Of a stretch of DNA of 24,532 nt, positions 22,601-24,532 are shown piece after piece. Below the pieces are notes generated by a model. It was not told the origin of the DNA, made no database searches, and was given only the letters and a program-made list of their open reading frames with translations. A program made the translations under genes and the position numbers. Every line of letters starts with the position of its first letter. Within the stretch, counting starts at the first letter, position 1. This stretch comes from Archangiaceae bacterium. GTDB lineage: Bacteria; Myxococcota; Myxococcia; Myxococcales; Myxococcaceae. The DNA lies in assembly GCA_043750125.1 (NCBI GenBank), contig JAYVCD010000047.1, positions 1 to 24,532 on the forward strand, in the 5' to 3' direction.

Positions 22601-22990
22601 GCGTGCGATCTCGTGACCAACAGCTGCGAGTGCCCCAACGATTGTGGCGGAGGCGCGCCGCCGGGAACCGTCTGCAACACCAACAAGCTGGTCTGCGATT
22701 TCGTCTGCACCTCGGACTGCGCGGGCACCTGCAGCGGCTTCCAGCAGTGCAACGTGGCCGCCTGCACCTGCACCTGCAATCAGACGGGCTCGTGCGGCGT
22801 CGGCTACAAGTTCCAGAACGGATCCGGGGTCTGCGGCTGCGTCTGCGACGGCGCTTCGCTCAACTGCGGCCCGACCTATGCGGCCAACCTGAATTCCTGC
22901 TCCTGCGTCTGCCAGCCGAGCTGTGGAGGGTGCGCGGTCGGCACGGTCTGCAACCCTTCGACCTGCACCTGCAGTGGCGGCGTCAATTAG
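19631..22990 (+). CDS. cglD: Large lipoprotein with thrombospondin type-3-like Ca-binding repeats, VWA domain and Cys-rich C-terminus; probable adventurous gliding motility protein CglD
   Basis: Lipobox FSG-C21 and a Gly linker, 11 D[TS]DxD motifs interleaved with 7 DxNx[ND]G motifs, a MIDAS-type VDFLFVVDDSCSM, VVLLGDADD, and a C-terminal CxC/EGF-like Cys-rich tract. The architecture and ~1120-aa size match myxobacterial CglD as I recall it; orthology is not verified. Confidence 0.75.
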   Translation: MSMKKMFAAVACLAALGFSGCNCSRSPPGTSGGGDGSDAGGGTGGNGGGEPGDGGKIADPNDLNNPFKDTDCDGLNDAEEFGNTYAGGKRTSPNNPDTDGDGIMDGVEAGRTTSVDPTCAFVGDADPTTRTIPTEIDSDADGISDGVEDTNKNGRAESTETDATNPDSDFDGLKDGIEDKNFNGVVDPGETDPRKKDTDGDFINDGVEINVTLTDPLKADTDGDTCLDGAEDLNQNGVVDLGETNPKLSADCGAMNNPDSDNDGLPNTVEDKNGNGIVDPGETDPNNPDTDGDGIKDGVEDRNKNGRYDPGETNPLRKDTDCDGLLDGPDQGAFKGEDLNADGVVNSGETDPTKFDTDGDGISDGVERGISISERADIVNCVNVPYDQDPTTTTDPTKRDSDGDGIDDGAEDTNQNGKVDPGELNPNNPADGGGPAGQVCTAMNLRPVTFKAEGSPDIQLGLPASFTEVSTVSVGANKRGLIGYDPTHQVAFIAWREPARGTSATPTGDEAALRPLLAGIAAISAPTTQTFTTWDTIPALQGFYDQVGGVDIKARANAIAQQLIGAGAGSLVGTGGVAPANFRIQVEYLHRTNAAVVVIIAITPSAAAPANPVETAIFAMSDTAGGSAVAQFGDPNAIQCERFTPRSGMVDFLFVVDDSCSMAASQAALGNAATAMAANLNGSTLDWRISLVTSSYINSGTLRQFTRNIGQFQAWLTQNSACVANACSGFAGTTCTNATSNQCWIGTGGSGTEQLLASGRRAVNDLAPAAAVESPTKFRDGATAVVVLLGDADDQSAGVNATALIYSEYFNNTGAVAGVSKNPINQKIVVHGIVCPVGVNCNNETQNNPQKHAAVITATGGIRGEINNAASITSTINQVVNSAINAAGYKMQKPPIGASVKVALSSVNSLTTCPSPGNIPRSRVDGFDFDGVNRTLSFFGGCRPGVGMVEGAVSYRYWRDTTPNPGGNPPPCSMDPKYDPTDPDFCLGRLACDLVTNSCECPNDCGGGAPPGTVCNTNKLVCDFVCTSDCAGTCSGFQQCNVAACTCTCNQTGSCGVGYKFQNGSGVCGCVCDGASLNCGPTYAANLNSCSCVCQPSCGGCAVGTVCNPSTCTCSGGVN
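19835..20910 (+). repeat. Coding tandem degenerate repeats (D[TS]DxDG...GxED.NxNG..DxGETxP)
   Basis: Recurrent GACACCGACGGCGA, GTCGACCCCGGCGAGACC and similar units encode the Asp/Asn-rich repeats of the lipoprotein. Confidence 0.85.
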
Positions 22991-23020
22991 GCGCCTGGGT
23001 CATTGATTGGAGCATCGCCA

Positions 23021-23046
23021 GAAGATCGGCAACGTTGCCGATTTTC
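23021..23046. terminator. Palindromic hairpin between convergent genes (possible bidirectional terminator)
   Basis: Perfect 18-bp palindrome ATCGGCAAC/GTTGCCGAT (23025-23042), extendable by GAAG/TTTC. The T-tracts are short. Confidence 0.5.
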
Positions 23047-23088
23047 CGGCAACGCTCGGTGACCCGGGGCTTGGGTAGGAGGCGAGGC

Positions 23089-24015
23089 CTAGACCGGGAA
23101 CACCAGCTCGGTGCCCCTCTCGACCAGGCTTCGGTAGCTCTTGTTGGCTTCGCGCAGCAGGTCTTCGCTGCTGCGGCTCTTTTCAGAGGGGAAGATCGCT
23201 CCGCCAAAGCGCACCCGGGGGTCGACGGCGCCCAGCCGGCCTTCGGGCTTGAGGCTCTGGACGATCTGCAGCAGGCGGTCGGCGGCGACTTTCGCGCCCA
23301 CCAGATCGGTCTCGGGCAGCAGGACGACGAACTCGTCGCTGTCGACCCGGAACAGCCGGTCGGCCCCGCGCAGGGTGGTGCGAATCTCCTGGGCGAGCAG
23401 GGCGACGAACTTGTCGCAGCCGTCGCGGCCCATCGCGTAGCGAAACGCCTGGTAGTCGTCGAAGCCGAACAACAGCGCCGAAGCGGGGCGGCCATAGCGG
23501 CGGCTGCGCGCCAGCTCGCTGTCGAGGCTCGCCTTCAGCTGAGAATAGGTTCCTGCCCCGGTGAGGGGATCCAGCGCCCGCAGCTGGGCGAGCTCTTCTT
23601 CCGCGACGATCAGCCGGCGGCGGTACTCGCGCACCAGCAACGCTGAGCTCATTCGGGTCTGCAGCTCGACCAGCTTGAAGGGCTTGGTGACGTAGTCGTC
23701 GGCGCCCAGTTCCATGCCTTTGATCTTCCCGTCCATGTCTCCGGTCGCGGTGAGCAAGATGATCGGCAGGTCGACCCAGGAATTGTTCTCACGCACCGCG
23801 CGCAGCACCGAGAACCCGTCGCGCCTTGGCATCATCAGGTCGAGCAGCACCAGGTCCGGGCGGCCGTCGGCGATCCGTTCGAGGGCGACGTTCCCATCTT
23901 CGGCCGTCGTGACTTTGTAGCCGCTGGTCTCGCAGAGATCGGTGAGCAACCCGCGGGTGTGCTCGTCATCATCGACCACCAGAATGTGCTTCTGACCTCG
24001 GGCCACGTCCTTCAC
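23089..24015 (-). CDS. Response regulator receiver plus degenerate GGDEF domain protein
   Basis: Receiver motifs ILVVDDD, DLVLLDLMMP, LLTA and YVTKPF. GGDEF-fold motifs DPLTG, RGAD (I-site) and FRVDSDEFVVLLP. The GTG start overlaps the dnaB TGA (GTGA). Confidence 0.9.
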   Translation of the reverse strand: MKDVARGQKHILVVDDDEHTRGLLTDLCETSGYKVTTAEDGNVALERIADGRPDLVLLDLMMPRRDGFSVLRAVRENNSWVDLPIILLTATGDMDGKIKGMELGADDYVTKPFKLVELQTRMSSALLVREYRRRLIVAEEELAQLRALDPLTGAGTYSQLKASLDSELARSRRYGRPASALLFGFDDYQAFRYAMGRDGCDKFVALLAQEIRTTLRGADRLFRVDSDEFVVLLPETDLVGAKVAADRLLQIVQSLKPEGRLGAVDPRVRFGGAIFPSEKSRSSEDLLREANKSYRSLVERGTELVFPV

Positions 24016-24532
24016 GCGTAGTCCCCGCGGGCCTTGCTCTCGAACCGGGTGTACTCAGAGAGGAAGAGCAGGTCGACGCTGCCGATCGGCCCGTTGCGCT
24101 GCTTGGCGATGATCAGCTCGACCGGAATCGTGGTCCGGAAGCTGTTGTTGCCGCCGCCTTCGCCGTCTTCCCCTTCGTCGTCGCGGTGGATGAACATCAC
24201 CACGTCGGCGTCCTGCTCGATCGCTCCAGACTCGCGAAGGTCCGAGAGCATCGGCTTGCCGCCTTTGCGTTCCTCGACCTTTCGGTTCAGCTGCGAGAGG
24301 GCGATCACCGGCAGCATCAGCTCTTTGGCCAGCTGCTTGAGCGCGCGACTGATTTCCGACACTTCGAGCTGCCGGCTCTCGACCTTCCCCTTCTGGTGCA
24401 TCAGCTGCAGGTAGTCGATCACCAGCAGGCCCAAAGACGGCTCTTTGGCCTTCAGCCGTCGGGCCTTGGCGCGAAGGTCGAACGAGGACAGCGCGCCCGA
24501 GTCGTCGATGAAGAGCTTGAGGTTGAACAGCT
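24012..24532 (-). CDS. dnaB: Replicative DNA helicase, C-terminal part (5' end outside the window)
   Basis: The frame stays open to the window edge: LFIDDSG..S..DLRAKARRLK, VIDYLQLM, EISRALKQLAKEL, ALSQLNR, SDLRESGAIEQDAD and AKQRNGP. Confidence 0.97.
   Translation of the reverse strand, partial: LFNLKLFIDDSGALSSFDLRAKARRLKAKEPSLGLLVIDYLQLMHQKGKVESRQLEVSEISRALKQLAKELMLPVIALSQLNRKVEERKGGKPMLSDLRESGAIEQDADVVMFIHRDDEGEDGEGGGNNSFRTTIPVELIIAKQRNGPIGSVDLLFLSEYTRFESKARGDYA

Noticed and set aside
22453..23646. 397-aa plus-strand ORF bridging the cglD-like gene and the GGDEF gene
   Set aside because: It is an off-frame read of the Cys-rich tail joined to the antisense of the GGDEF gene, with Arg/Leu-rich nonsense composition.
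24012..24532. Possible intein in DnaB
   Set aside because: The visible C-terminal part is collinear with ordinary DnaB motifs. The common insertion sites further upstream are outside the window and cannot be assessed.

Overview
GC-rich bacterial chromosomal segment, most likely from a myxobacterium. The evidence for that is a CglD-like gliding lipoprotein, a Hanks kinase with an HRDVTPEN loop and an AgmX/PglI-like TonB_C protein. The window is mostly core genome. From left to right: a minus-strand metF-amtB-PII(glnK-like) unit diverging from gcvT-gcvH; an antisense orphan lipoprotein; gcvP, a TonB_C-like protein, an alpha/beta hydrolase and a Ser/Thr kinase with an RHH-like tail; truA, a membrane protein and a DUF1304 protein; clpB; several hypotheticals including DUF1844; thiE, a C26 amidohydrolase, a REP-like inverted repeat and thiD; a 1119-aa TSP3-repeat/VWA/Cys-rich lipoprotein (CglD-like); and a receiver plus degenerate GGDEF gene overlapping the 3' end of dnaB. 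I found no rRNA, tRNA, CRISPR array, transposase, prophage or recognisable defence system. The best candidates for undescribed biology are (i) the glycine cleavage / MetF / AmtB-PII divergon, whose PII lacks the uridylylatable Tyr, (ii) the soluble kinase with a ribbon-helix-helix-like C-terminus, and (iii) the probably catalytically dead, I-site-retaining REC-GGDEF protein overlapping dnaB. All family calls come from motif recognition by eye, with no database searches.
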